The notes under the pieces were generated by a model. It was not told the DNA's origin. It saw nothing but the letters and a program-made list of their open reading frames with translations, and did no database searches. Below are positions 37,199 to 48,700 of a stretch of DNA of 64,000 nt, one piece after another (within the stretch, counting starts at the first letter, position 1; each line of letters begins with the position of its first letter). A program made the position numbers and the translations under genes. The stretch is from a virus (Duplodnaviria; Caudoviricetes), in the IMG/VR virus record IMGVR_UViG_3300001485_000138, positions 1 through 64,000 of that record; one strand, given 5' to 3'.

Positions 37199-40100
37199 AT
37201 GAACAAACTGATTTGCTATACAGTAAATAAGCATATTGATGGCTACATAGCATCAAGATTTGGATGGAAACCTGAATATAAGGAAAGAGGTATGAGTCCT
37301 TATACAATAGCTTCGCTCAGAGGTGTATATGACCAGTATCATCCAGAGAATCATCTATTAGATGATAATAAGACAGAGTTTACTGATGAGGAGCTTGAGG
37401 AAGCTTATAAGAAATTGGCTGAATTCAGAAGAGTTATCAACAGTACTACAAGACAGAAGCTTGCAGGAAATCTTAAAAGAATGAATGAAGCTTTTGACTC
37501 TCTCAGACATGCTTTTACTGTAGAACAACGTAAGTCAAGAATATCATATCTAACAGCAGCCTTTTCTTCTGAAGTAGACAGACTGATGAGAGGCAATAAT
37601 TTTGATAGGGATAACCTGATCAATGGTTTCTATACTACTACTGGAGAATATGTAGGAGGCCCACTGGCTATATTCAGTTCTGTCTATAACCATATAGCAT
37701 ATCTCAGGCAAAACTACTACAGCAGATACAAAAATGCTGAATTAGGATTTAACAAAGACAAGGATAAGCTCAACTTTGCATTTGCTCCAACAAATGTCGA
37801 AGAATATAGAACCCTTATGAAAGAAAGGTATGAAGCATATTCTTCTATCCTTGAACACTGGGAAGAACTCCTTCCTTTTGTCTTCAAGAACCTTATGGTT
37901 ACTGAAGGGTTAAAGATGGGCATAAAAAATGAGTATGCTACTGCTGCAAGTACTGACTCTTTTGGAGAGAATGATATAGCTGCTAAATGGGAAATATCTG
38001 AATCTAAGAGAGATGGATGGCAGGAAAATTCTGACTTACAAAGTGCATTTGGTTCTGTAGGAAAACAAGTAAGGAGGGTTTTAGCTACATGTCCTGAATT
38101 AGTACCTGTACCTGTAGAGGATGCTGCTGGTAATGTTGTAAGGATAGAGTATAAGATTGCATACGATGACTTAGGTAATGTGAAATTCAGAGACCCTGTT
38201 GAAACTCATCAGGCTATTATAGAGATGCTGCGTGGAGTACAAAACTCCGATGACATGTATAAAAGACTTGTAAAAGAAGGTACAAATAATGCTAAGATAC
38301 CTTGGATGCAGCCTGTAGTAAACTTACTGTCAGACCCTACAGTTAGAACTCAGTTCTTTGTGGATTTCAGAAGAGTTTTCCAACCTTATTCTGCATCTTT
38401 TGAAGATAAGGAGTCTTCAAGTAACTTTATAAAGAAAGTAAAAACAAGAATCCTGAACAGACCAACTAACATGCTCCTTGGTAAATTTAAGACCCTTATG
38501 TCAAAGAAAGGAGTTTTACCAAAGAGTGTAAGGATGTGGAAGACTAAAACTGTATTCAAGCCAGGTAAAGAAGGAGGAACTATAAACTGGGAAAGACTGG
38601 TAGAAGTTAAGAAAGCTGTTCAGAAGTGGGTAGTAGCTGATAAAAATAAAGGTATATTCAGTGAAGCTCCGCTCATAGACAGGGGTGAAGGGATCACTAT
38701 AAATATCGAGGGTAAGAGTCAGGAGGTCACACATGATTTGAAGAGAAAGTTTCTTATGGAAGTATTTACATCTTTTGGTTTTGATGTGCTTCCAGATACT
38801 GTGGAGAGTATACTTCTTTCACCTGATATTTATGAGGTAAAAAGACAGCTGGAAAGACTTTTCTCTGATAACGGAGGTATTAAGTTTGCCATGAATGGTA
38901 TTGGTGAAATAGCAACTGAACATTATGGTAAAATTAAAATATCTGATAGATATGGTACACTCTCTAATCCAAGTAAGTCTAAAGAAGATAAAGAAGAAGC
39001 AGAAAAGGCTTTGGATGAAGCCAAACTGACAATGCAGAAACTTTATGGTACTAAACGTAATGACGGATATCCTGTAGCTGACTGCATAGAAAAGCTGCTC
39101 AATATAATCAACAAACATCAAGAAGGTTATAGAGTGGAATCAAGAGTCAGATATATGGACAATACTTTGTATTCCTTTGTGTCCCCTTCTTATTTAGGAG
39201 ACAGACTTGAGGCTATTGAAGCCTATGTTAACAATAATGATAAAGCAGGATTGAAGTCTTTCTTGGAGAAAGAATATCTTAGAAGCCCATACTTCGTAGA
39301 TGATGAATGCCTTGTTAATGGCCCTGATACTAATGGCAAGGGAATACTTAACATGTGGGTCAGGGAGCTGTATGCTGCATGTCAGAATAATAATGTACCA
39401 CTCAGTGATTCTGTAGCAGCTATATTCTCTTTTGAAAGAAATCTGGGCAGTGACATCAAGAAGTTTGAAGACTTTACTGCAAGAGAACATGGTGTAGATA
39501 TGCTCATACATTTCTTTGCAGATGAACAGCAAGGTAAGACATTTGGAGGAAGAAATAAGAAAGACTTAAATAGAAGACTGTCTGCTTTATTCCCTGTCTT
39601 TGTACTGGGTGATGCTGGTGTAAGTAAATACATCAGGGCTCCAAGAATAACAAGTCCTCATAGTGTAGATGCTGAAGGTAACAAAACAATAGAAGAGGAT
39701 AAGATAAAGGGAGTTGCATTTGAATTTGACAACTATGCTAAAAGGGATGTGCTGGAGAATTTCTACAATGTGTTCACACAGGAAATGCGTCGCATGGACT
39801 TGGATAAGATTATAGCAAAGTCATATACTCTGTATGCCAATGGAAAACCTGTGGAACATGGTGAAAGGGAGTTCTCTATACTTACATTCCTCAACCCTAA
39901 CTCTCAAGAATATAAGCCTGAGTATAATCCTTTCAATGCTGATGGTACTGCTAAGAGCAAAGATGAGATTATGGATATTATCAACAAATATCTCAATGAT
40001 GCTACTGAAAGATTTACCAATAGACTTGAGAAACTTGGTGTATTAGATACTACTACAGTTGGTAATACGCAGGTATTAAGACACTTGAGCAGTATTGCCA

Positions 40101-43100
40101 ATCCAAGTAATATCGGCAGTAAGATTGAGGAGTTCTTCTGGAACACTAAACTTGCTACTATACAGCAGCTACAAATGATGACCATAGACCCTGCTTTCTA
40201 TGCTAACACCAAGGACCTTCAGAAACGATATAAGGAAATTCATGCTCCTGGCTCTATACTGGATGTCAGAGCTATAGATATCTATGCTCCTAATGCAGGA
40301 ACAAGATACTCTGATGGTATAGAAAGAGTTGTGTACTTTGATGATTTGTCACTCAATGCAGAGGTGTTTAATCCTGAGTTCATGGAAGCGATCTTAAGAA
40401 ATTTTGCTGCACCAGGTGTTACCAAAGAAGATATAGACCAAGCAGTAGCCGATAATATCTTGTCTCCAAGGGATTCTAAGGAAGAAGAAACGAAGAGAAT
40501 AAACAGGCTGTCTGAGTTATTAGGAAGTAATTATAAGATTTATGATGTCTATATGAAGAACTCCCTCACTGATGGTCAAGGTTACAGAACTCTTCATAGC
40601 TACCGTAAGGTTATGGGTATGGCTGGTAAGTGGACTCCTGAAATGCAGAGTGCTTATGAGACCATCATGAACATCAGAAATACCCATGCTATATGGGAGA
40701 ATGGTAAGATAGTGGACTATTCAGAACTTACAGATGAGGAAATGAAACAGCTGGGAGACCTTGCTGTCATATTCCAACCTATAAAGCCTTATATGTTCAC
40801 ACATGAAACTATACCTGTGGAAGTAAACCTCAAAAAAGATGGTAAGACTGTTGTTGGTCTTGATGAAAAACCTGTTACTAAAAAGACAGTTCATTATATA
40901 CCTGTACAACATAAGTATGCTGAAGCTGTAATCATACCGGAATTACTTCCTAAAGGACATAAACTCAGAGACCTCGGATATTGGATGGATGAGAATAATG
41001 TGGATATGATTGGTTCTACCAAGATTGCAAAGGTAGGTGCCTATGGACAAGCTGACTTCAGTGATGTAAAGGATAAGTCTGACTTGTATGGAAGACTTAA
41101 CAATAGCTCTGTTGTAATTCATTCTCTTGACTATAGTGACTATAGAATTCAGACTAATGTTCCTGAGCATATCAACTCTTCACAACTCTTTGGTACTCAA
41201 ATAAGAAAGCTGATAATGGCTGGACTATTAGACTCTAAAGACTACTCTGATTACATTAACGGACATGTGGTCAATCTTGAAGCAGGAGATGGAAGAAACA
41301 CTGAAACAAGATTGTTAGGCAATAACCTGCTGGCTTTCTATAACAGCTTGCATACTGCAAATATCATGGACTCTTACAATATATTTGCTAATAATGCTAC
41401 AGACATAATCAAGATGGCAGAACTCTTACAGCAAAGTACTGTCACTTCCATGAGAGAGGCTATGGATAATATCCTCTCCTATGTTGTAACTGGCTCTGAG
41501 AAAGAACTGCAAAGATTCCTCATTCCTCTGTTTGAAGGGGGTCTTGAGCATGACTCTGCTGCTCTCATACTTTCTACTTTTAAGAAGATTGTCAACAAGC
41601 AGCAAATATCAGGTGGTTCTGCTGTTCAGGTTTCTGCATTTGGAATACAAGGGTATGAAGAGGATGGAGACCTTAGGTATGTTACTGACCCTGACAATGC
41701 TGCCAATGTCTTGTATGCAGAGGTTGAAATGCCATTCGACAAGTCTATTACTGTAGATGTAGCAACTAAAGATGGTACTGTTAAAAAGCCGGTAAGTCTG
41801 AGTTATGATAAGTATTGTTTCCATGATGGTCATTTAAGACCTATGGATAAGGCTCTTGAAAAGGGAACAAAGGAGTGGAAAAAATATCAGTCATACACTT
41901 ATAAAAGGGTAGATGGAAAACTTGTACCTTGCAAGTACAATGACCCTCAAGCTGAGGTACACAAACCTCTTATAGAAGAAGAATACCCTGATTGTCTTAG
42001 TTTCATAGCATACCGCATACCTACAGAGCGTGCTTACTCCATGATGAATTGTCAAATCAAGAGGTTCACATCTAAGGTAGCTGGTGGTACTATCAAAGTT
42101 CCAGCACAAGGTACTACTATTGCAGGTTTTGACTTTGATATTGATAAGCTCTACTTCATGCTGAGAGAATACCACAAGCATTACAAGAGTGAGATGTATG
42201 TAGAAAATAACTTCTCTAATAAGGACAAGCAGGATATATGGAATAGAGTTTATGAAAAATATCCAGATGTAAAAGTAGCACTCATAGCTGCAAGAAGCAC
42301 TGCTGAATTCCAAAATCCTGAACTTACTACAGATGAAAGTAAAAGACCTGCTCTCAACTCTTACTGGGAGGCTGCTGATATTGAAGCAAGATTTGGCCTT
42401 AACAAAAGGACTGCTTTTGCCGAAGCTGCTTTGGAGTTAGATATAAAACCTACAAAGAACGTAGTTACTGGAGAAACATCTGAATGGTTAGAAACCTATG
42501 ACTTCAGTAAGACTCCTGAAGAAAATACAAGAGCTTCGAGGAATAACATACTTATATCTCTCATACAAGCAAGACTTATGGATGCAGATACTATGAATGC
42601 AAGATACACACCAGGTGGTTTTGATAATGCTTCAAGAGCTGCAAGATTCATGAGGGAACTTATGCATGGAGATATGGAAGGTGTTACAAAAACCAATGGT
42701 TCTCAATACACAGCTATTTATATAAATGAGATATTGAAAAGGTATGACGACAAGAAAGCTCAAGACCCTGAGCCTAATTATGACCCATCTGACCCTTATA
42801 CTATTCTCTACTATAACCAGCAGAATCAGATTGCAGGTAAGCTGATTGGTATATTTGCCAACCAAAACACTAACCATGCATTTGTATCTGCTATGGAGTT
42901 ATTTGAGTTGAAAGAACCAATAGAGTTCTGTGGGCATAAATTCAAAGACCTGCTACATAAGAATACTCCAATGGCTGCGGAAATTGATACCAATATGGCT
43001 AATTTCCTGGGTGCTGCTGTAGATGCAGTGAAAGACCCTACACTGAACTTCCTTAATCTTAACACTGTAACTGCTGATGCAGGAGCTATGTTGGCAAGAC

Positions 43101-45709
43101 TGGGATATAATCTTAGGGAGATAGGTCTCTTATTCAATCAGCCTGTTATAAGAAAGGCATGTGAAGAGGCTTTGAACAGAGGGATTAAGGTTAACACTGT
43201 AATTGATGAGTTAGTAGATGATTTGAAAGGTAATATCGAGGGACAGTATAACAATGATACCTCCAACTTATCAGAAGAAAATCTGGCTCTGGCCATACTT
43301 AATGAGAGGCGATTCTTGGAAGAAGATGAGAAAAACACAAGAGACCAATACATCAAGAATAATGCAAGGATGCAGATTGATGTTCTTGAATTATTCGGAA
43401 AAATCATTTCTGCTGCTAATGATGTGTCTCAGTTTGTGTTAAATACAAAATTCACTGCTTCAAATGCTGTCAGCTCTACCTTCGGAGGTATGTATGCACA
43501 GCAACTTAGAGTAGATGAATACCTCAAAAAGTTTCCAAAAGCCCTCAAAGACAAATCTAAAGGTAAAAATGACAAAGATAATCCTAAAGATAAGAAAGAA
43601 TTAAGCTACGATGCCAAAGTATCTAAACAGTTATCTGATACTTATCCAGGATTCTTTGATTCTCCTATATCCAACAACGAGACATTGCTTAAGCTTGTGA
43701 GCACTGAGGGCAAAACTCCTGAACAAATCAAGGAAGACAGAAAGAAATATCTTAAACTTGTAAGGTTTAATCCATTTGCTTATGAACAAGCTATGTATGA
43801 TGCTAACCGTGCAGCCATAAAAACTCTTGGTAAATACTATCCTTATGAGACAGAACTTTATAGGAAAATAAGGGAGAAGATGCAAAATCTTGCAGCTTTT
43901 GGTACTCTGTCTGAGGATGAAATCAATGATATTCATGGAGACCTGTGCATAGCATTACTTGCTTCACAATCTGCTTCTTATTTCAATGGGGAAGCTCTGT
44001 ATAGACCCAACTCAACCCTCACTAACAGAGAGTATTACAGGGAGAAGTTTGCTGGAAAACTTGCAGATATGATTGCTAAGGACCCTGATGGTCTTGGAAG
44101 CTTGGAGGTATTCAAGTATATAACTCCTTCCGTGGAAATAGTAGCACAGCCTAAGAAGAAAGGTATAGCACAGCCATCTATAGAAGTATGGAGCCTCAGA
44201 GTACAGGATGTAGGAGGATTAAGCACTGATATAAAGGAGGCTATACGGGAAAGCTGGGCTTCACTCATGGAGATGGATGAAGATGGAGACTTTGTAAATC
44301 CTGAATATGCTGAACTGGGTAAAGACTTGTTTATGTATTGCTTCTACCAGCTTGGATTTGATTTTAGTCCCTTGTCATTCATGCATCTGGCTCCTACAGA
44401 TGTGAAGAATAACATCATTGTAGAAAGAAGTGATATGTTACCTCTGGAAGCTTTTGATAAGATAAATCCTCCAAGACAGAACAGTCCAAGTGATGATGTC
44501 TTAGTATGGTCTGAAGGAGTAACAGGAGGTAAAGACAGGGTTCTTGAGTTTGGGGAATATGCAATAAATGATAATGTGTTGTTCAAAAATGCTTATAAAC
44601 TTCCTACTAACTTGGTAGGTAACTATACAGCTGTGATACAACTCATACAGACAGCTAAAAATCACCCTGAACTGACTTTCAAGATAGACAGGCAACTGAC
44701 TCAGGAAGAGTTTGATATGTTTACCAAAGATTCTCATGTAGAGGGAGTACCTTCTAACATTAAATTCTCACAAGCTACATTAGACAATGTGTCTCAAGAA
44801 AGTAGGGAGAAGATAGAATATGGTAGATATAGAACTTATAGGGAGTTTCTGAATGAAATTCTTGATGGTAAGGTTGATATGAATGCTGATGATTTTGCTC
44901 AGATGTTCATACTTAACCATCTTGACTACCCACGGTTCACTCTTGATACAAACAAAACACATAAGAACCTCAGAAAGCTTATACAGAAAAAAGCAGGAGT
45001 AACAGCAGAAACAAGGAGAATGCCTGATACAATAGAAATTGATATTTCAGGAGAAAACAAAGAGGTTATCAAGAATCTGGCATCTGTGGAAAAAACCAAC
45101 GGAGAAATAACCAAGGTTACATGGAGACCTTGTATAAAGGTTAATAACACTTACTATCTTGCTCAAGGTAATGGTGGAAGTTTCAATGAGACAACTAACC
45201 CAACTATAACTTATGTGAAGATAGAACCTAAAGGTACTAAAAAAGCTCTTAAATATGATGATGGACAGACACTGAAACCTTCATTAAGATACTCAACTTC
45301 TGTAGGACAACTGCTTACTGTAAGTACCAAGATGGGAAATACTCCTCAAGAAACTCAGGAAGAAGGTAATCCTGACAATACTCCTGCACCTGATAATAGC
45401 AACAATGGACAGCAACTTGTTGATGACAACATGCAGCCTGAAGAACCTATAGCTGCTAATAATGGGAACCCATCAAGCTTAGGTGAGTTGCGTGGCACTT
45501 TGAAAACAGGAGTAATAAATGAGTATGTAAGGGCTATTGAGATGAGGAATAATGGTATATCAGAGGCAGAAAGACAAAGTGTTAAACAAGCTATTACCAA
45601 TCTGTCTGATGATGATTTACTTTCAGAAATAAACCTCATAAGGGATGCTTGCAGGAGAAATGGAGTAATAGTATTGGATGAAGAAGGAAATCCTGTCAAG
45701 TCATGCTAA
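37199..45709 (+). CDS. giant virion-associated two-barrel RNA polymerase (crAss gp66-like)
   Basis: About 2836 aa; catalytic AGFDFDIDKL (DFDID at 42131-42145), preceded by YRIPT; TDGQGY, PIKP, QHKY and KVG motifs; track start 37178. Confidence 0.92.
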   Translation: MNKLICYTVNKHIDGYIASRFGWKPEYKERGMSPYTIASLRGVYDQYHPENHLLDDNKTEFTDEELEEAYKKLAEFRRVINSTTRQKLAGNLKRMNEAFDSLRHAFTVEQRKSRISYLTAAFSSEVDRLMRGNNFDRDNLINGFYTTTGEYVGGPLAIFSSVYNHIAYLRQNYYSRYKNAELGFNKDKDKLNFAFAPTNVEEYRTLMKERYEAYSSILEHWEELLPFVFKNLMVTEGLKMGIKNEYATAASTDSFGENDIAAKWEISESKRDGWQENSDLQSAFGSVGKQVRRVLATCPELVPVPVEDAAGNVVRIEYKIAYDDLGNVKFRDPVETHQAIIEMLRGVQNSDDMYKRLVKEGTNNAKIPWMQPVVNLLSDPTVRTQFFVDFRRVFQPYSASFEDKESSSNFIKKVKTRILNRPTNMLLGKFKTLMSKKGVLPKSVRMWKTKTVFKPGKEGGTINWERLVEVKKAVQKWVVADKNKGIFSEAPLIDRGEGITINIEGKSQEVTHDLKRKFLMEVFTSFGFDVLPDTVESILLSPDIYEVKRQLERLFSDNGGIKFAMNGIGEIATEHYGKIKISDRYGTLSNPSKSKEDKEEAEKALDEAKLTMQKLYGTKRNDGYPVADCIEKLLNIINKHQEGYRVESRVRYMDNTLYSFVSPSYLGDRLEAIEAYVNNNDKAGLKSFLEKEYLRSPYFVDDECLVNGPDTNGKGILNMWVRELYAACQNNNVPLSDSVAAIFSFERNLGSDIKKFEDFTAREHGVDMLIHFFADEQQGKTFGGRNKKDLNRRLSALFPVFVLGDAGVSKYIRAPRITSPHSVDAEGNKTIEEDKIKGVAFEFDNYAKRDVLENFYNVFTQEMRRMDLDKIIAKSYTLYANGKPVEHGEREFSILTFLNPNSQEYKPEYNPFNADGTAKSKDEIMDIINKYLNDATERFTNRLEKLGVLDTTTVGNTQVLRHLSSIANPSNIGSKIEEFFWNTKLATIQQLQMMTIDPAFYANTKDLQKRYKEIHAPGSILDVRAIDIYAPNAGTRYSDGIERVVYFDDLSLNAEVFNPEFMEAILRNFAAPGVTKEDIDQAVADNILSPRDSKEEETKRINRLSELLGSNYKIYDVYMKNSLTDGQGYRTLHSYRKVMGMAGKWTPEMQSAYETIMNIRNTHAIWENGKIVDYSELTDEEMKQLGDLAVIFQPIKPYMFTHETIPVEVNLKKDGKTVVGLDEKPVTKKTVHYIPVQHKYAEAVIIPELLPKGHKLRDLGYWMDENNVDMIGSTKIAKVGAYGQADFSDVKDKSDLYGRLNNSSVVIHSLDYSDYRIQTNVPEHINSSQLFGTQIRKLIMAGLLDSKDYSDYINGHVVNLEAGDGRNTETRLLGNNLLAFYNSLHTANIMDSYNIFANNATDIIKMAELLQQSTVTSMREAMDNILSYVVTGSEKELQRFLIPLFEGGLEHDSAALILSTFKKIVNKQQISGGSAVQVSAFGIQGYEEDGDLRYVTDPDNAANVLYAEVEMPFDKSITVDVATKDGTVKKPVSLSYDKYCFHDGHLRPMDKALEKGTKEWKKYQSYTYKRVDGKLVPCKYNDPQAEVHKPLIEEEYPDCLSFIAYRIPTERAYSMMNCQIKRFTSKVAGGTIKVPAQGTTIAGFDFDIDKLYFMLREYHKHYKSEMYVENNFSNKDKQDIWNRVYEKYPDVKVALIAARSTAEFQNPELTTDESKRPALNSYWEAADIEARFGLNKRTAFAEAALELDIKPTKNVVTGETSEWLETYDFSKTPEENTRASRNNILISLIQARLMDADTMNARYTPGGFDNASRAARFMRELMHGDMEGVTKTNGSQYTAIYINEILKRYDDKKAQDPEPNYDPSDPYTILYYNQQNQIAGKLIGIFANQNTNHAFVSAMELFELKEPIEFCGHKFKDLLHKNTPMAAEIDTNMANFLGAAVDAVKDPTLNFLNLNTVTADAGAMLARLGYNLREIGLLFNQPVIRKACEEALNRGIKVNTVIDELVDDLKGNIEGQYNNDTSNLSEENLALAILNERRFLEEDEKNTRDQYIKNNARMQIDVLELFGKIISAANDVSQFVLNTKFTASNAVSSTFGGMYAQQLRVDEYLKKFPKALKDKSKGKNDKDNPKDKKELSYDAKVSKQLSDTYPGFFDSPISNNETLLKLVSTEGKTPEQIKEDRKKYLKLVRFNPFAYEQAMYDANRAAIKTLGKYYPYETELYRKIREKMQNLAAFGTLSEDEINDIHGDLCIALLASQSASYFNGEALYRPNSTLTNREYYREKFAGKLADMIAKDPDGLGSLEVFKYITPSVEIVAQPKKKGIAQPSIEVWSLRVQDVGGLSTDIKEAIRESWASLMEMDEDGDFVNPEYAELGKDLFMYCFYQLGFDFSPLSFMHLAPTDVKNNIIVERSDMLPLEAFDKINPPRQNSPSDDVLVWSEGVTGGKDRVLEFGEYAINDNVLFKNAYKLPTNLVGNYTAVIQLIQTAKNHPELTFKIDRQLTQEEFDMFTKDSHVEGVPSNIKFSQATLDNVSQESREKIEYGRYRTYREFLNEILDGKVDMNADDFAQMFILNHLDYPRFTLDTNKTHKNLRKLIQKKAGVTAETRRMPDTIEIDISGENKEVIKNLASVEKTNGEITKVTWRPCIKVNNTYYLAQGNGGSFNETTNPTITYVKIEPKGTKKALKYDDGQTLKPSLRYSTSVGQLLTVSTKMGNTPQETQEEGNPDNTPAPDNSNNGQQLVDDNMQPEEPIAANNGNPSSLGELRGTLKTGVINEYVRAIEMRNNGISEAERQSVKQAITNLSDDDLLSEINLIRDACRRNGVIVLDEEGNPVKSC

Positions 45710-45757
45710 CTCTATAACCTTTATAACTTCTATAAATAACAGATAAAATTCAATAAT

Positions 45758-48700
45758 ATGGCAGAAGCATGTGCATTAAAAGCTCATGTCAAGAATCCTC
45801 AAGGAGAAATAGTGGAAAGCAGGTTATTCAATGACCTGCTCCACTACACCTCCAATGACAGACAGCTTACAAAGGAATACTATGCTGTAGGTACTGATAA
45901 GGATTTTCTTAACATGGTGCAGGATAGGGAAGAGTTTAAAACTGATGAAAATGGGGAGATTACATTTGCTTCCCTCAGAACTCTTACCAAGATGGACATT
46001 GAAGCAGATAAACTGCTGAAAGTCTTAAACAAGGATATTGGTCAGGGGGAATATGACTATGAAGAAGCTCTGAGAAGAGTGCAGAACTTCAATACCCATA
46101 ATCCTATGGCTGATAGGGCTATGGCTATACTGACCCCTACATCTGGTGGCAGATACACAGTAAGTGTAACTATGAATACATCTACTGTTACTGATATTGA
46201 TGGTAAGGAATCTAAAGAATCTAATGTGTCTGACACACAAAAGAAACTTCATGATACCGTAAGAAACAAAGAGGTTGAAAAAAGAATCATAGCTCTGCTA
46301 AGAGGGCATCATGTCTCTGTAGATTTCCTTGAGAATAAACAAGATGGAGGAAGATATTCTACTGAAAATATTTCTGCTGCTGAAGATGGCCTGTATGCTC
46401 TCATTACAATAAATGGGGGAGGCAATGTCACTGATACTCTTGCTGAGGAAGCAGGACACTTTGCTATAGGTGCCATGGGAAATCACCCATTAGTACAAAG
46501 GCTGGAAAAGATACTATCAAGTCCTGAAGCTCAAAAGGAAGCATTGGGACAGGAAGAATATGAGAATACTGCACTTGGTAAAAATCCTGCAAGGGAAGTA
46601 GCAGGTAGGTTGGTAGGTAAAGCCTTGCAAAGAAAACTTGGCAACAACTCTTCAATAAATGTATTAGCTAACAGAATTGCCAATATAGCCAAAAGAATGT
46701 TTGCTAAGATTTCAGGAAATGAAGTAAGATGGGCTGCTGCTAAAGCTGAACAGATTGCTAACAGAATTGCATACCAGTTTATTGAAGGTAACAGTAACTT
46801 CTCTGTGCAGAATGCAATAGACATTGAGGAAACTATGATGCATGGTACTACAACCATGAATCAAAGGATATTCAGAGATACAGTAGATGAGTTGGGAAGG
46901 CTATGTAAAAGACTGGAAGCTATATCTGAGGATAACTTTGCAGGACAGGCTAACATGGCTTTAGGTCTGTCTATGCTGGCTAGTGTAGATGAAACAAGTG
47001 GAGAGTCTGCACTTCAAATGGCAGGACAGACTGCTGATGCATTTGCATTTGATGGTGTTGTACAAGCTGTAGTGCAAATATCCAACTTTCTCGGTCAGGG
47101 AATGAGGATTGACAACATGCTTAGTGAGATAGACTCGAGGAATCCTTCCAAGTTCTATACTAACATGGCTGCTAATGGTAGGAAACTAAGGCAGGTAAGA
47201 ACATTTCTTTACAGTGCAAGAAGCATTATAGATAATATAAGTCAATCTCTTGACTATGATGCAAGAGTAAAACTAAACACTGTAGGACCTTCAGCACATG
47301 AAGTGCAATACCAAGATTCTAATAATGTGTGGCAAACACTTGACTTGATAAACACCTTGGAACAATGTTCAAAGCTGGTAAGGCACTATGAACAAAAGCT
47401 TAATATAAAGGAATCTGCTTACTTTGCACAATTCTGCACTGATGTATATGGACATAAATATATATCTGGTGCTACTGGAGTATTATGGAAAGACATCAGA
47501 GAAGGACAATCTGCTGGTGAAGAAAGAAAAATAACATTTGAGGATGCAATCAGTGGGGAAGGTATAACTGATATAGATATATTCCACAGATTCCTCGGCT
47601 CTATGTCTAACAATCCTGATGTTGTAGGACAGATTGCTGATAAAGTAATGAAGACTGCCAATAAAAATGCAGATGACTTTACACTAAGGGATACAGAAGA
47701 CATCCTGATACTTGATCAGAGAGCAAGAGATTTAGGACTTAACATGAGTGACCTTATGGAAAAAGACACTGAAGGTGTTCCTACAGGTAATCTCATAACT
47801 CCTCCTGCACAACCTAATGATAACAATCCTGAAGAAACTGCCATATACAATGCCTACATGAACGAACTTAACTATGTACCTGCTATCAATCATGGGGCTT
47901 GGGAAGCTGCAAGAGACAAGGCTAAACAAGAGGCTTGGGAGGAATTCAAAGAGGCTAACCCAGGATGGGAATCATGGGTTGGTATATATAGAGGACTGAA
48001 ATGGGATGAGTTTTATCGCAAAAGGTATAAGGAATGGAATAAAAACAACAGTATCCTTATCAAAGTAACTAATCCTCAGACAGGAAGAGAATACTCTAAG
48101 TGGATTCCTAATGGTATATATACTACAGATGCATGGAGCGAACTTGAGAAGAAATACCCTAAGAAAGGAAATGATTCTATACTCAGATGGGTATCTGACT
48201 ATATGGCTGTCAAGAAGAGGTTAGATGATAAACTTCCTATGGAAGCCACATTGTCTTACAGATTACCACAAGTAAGAGGTACTTTGATAGATACCATGCG
48301 TAATACTGAAATGCAACAGAGTGGTAATTTCAGGCGATTTAAAGCTTTCAACAAAGGATTAAGAAGAAGAATACTTGACTCATTTGTTGTACAGGCAGAT
48401 GAGACAGATTTTGGAGATATGTCAACTATGAACTCTTCTAAGGATGAGCTGCTTGGAACTCCACTCAACTATGAACAGGAGAGGTCAATGAGACTTACCA
48501 CCTTTGGTATCAATAAATTAGATGATATGAGAGATTTATCTAACGATATATTAGGCTCTCTTATTGCATACTCCTCAATGGCCAATTCCTACATGTGTAC
48601 AGATGCTGTAGTAGATGCACTGGAGGTAGGAAGGTCAACACTATATACAAGAGAATTCAAGGATGACTGGTTAGACAGGCAGCTTAAGAAAACTAAGGGA

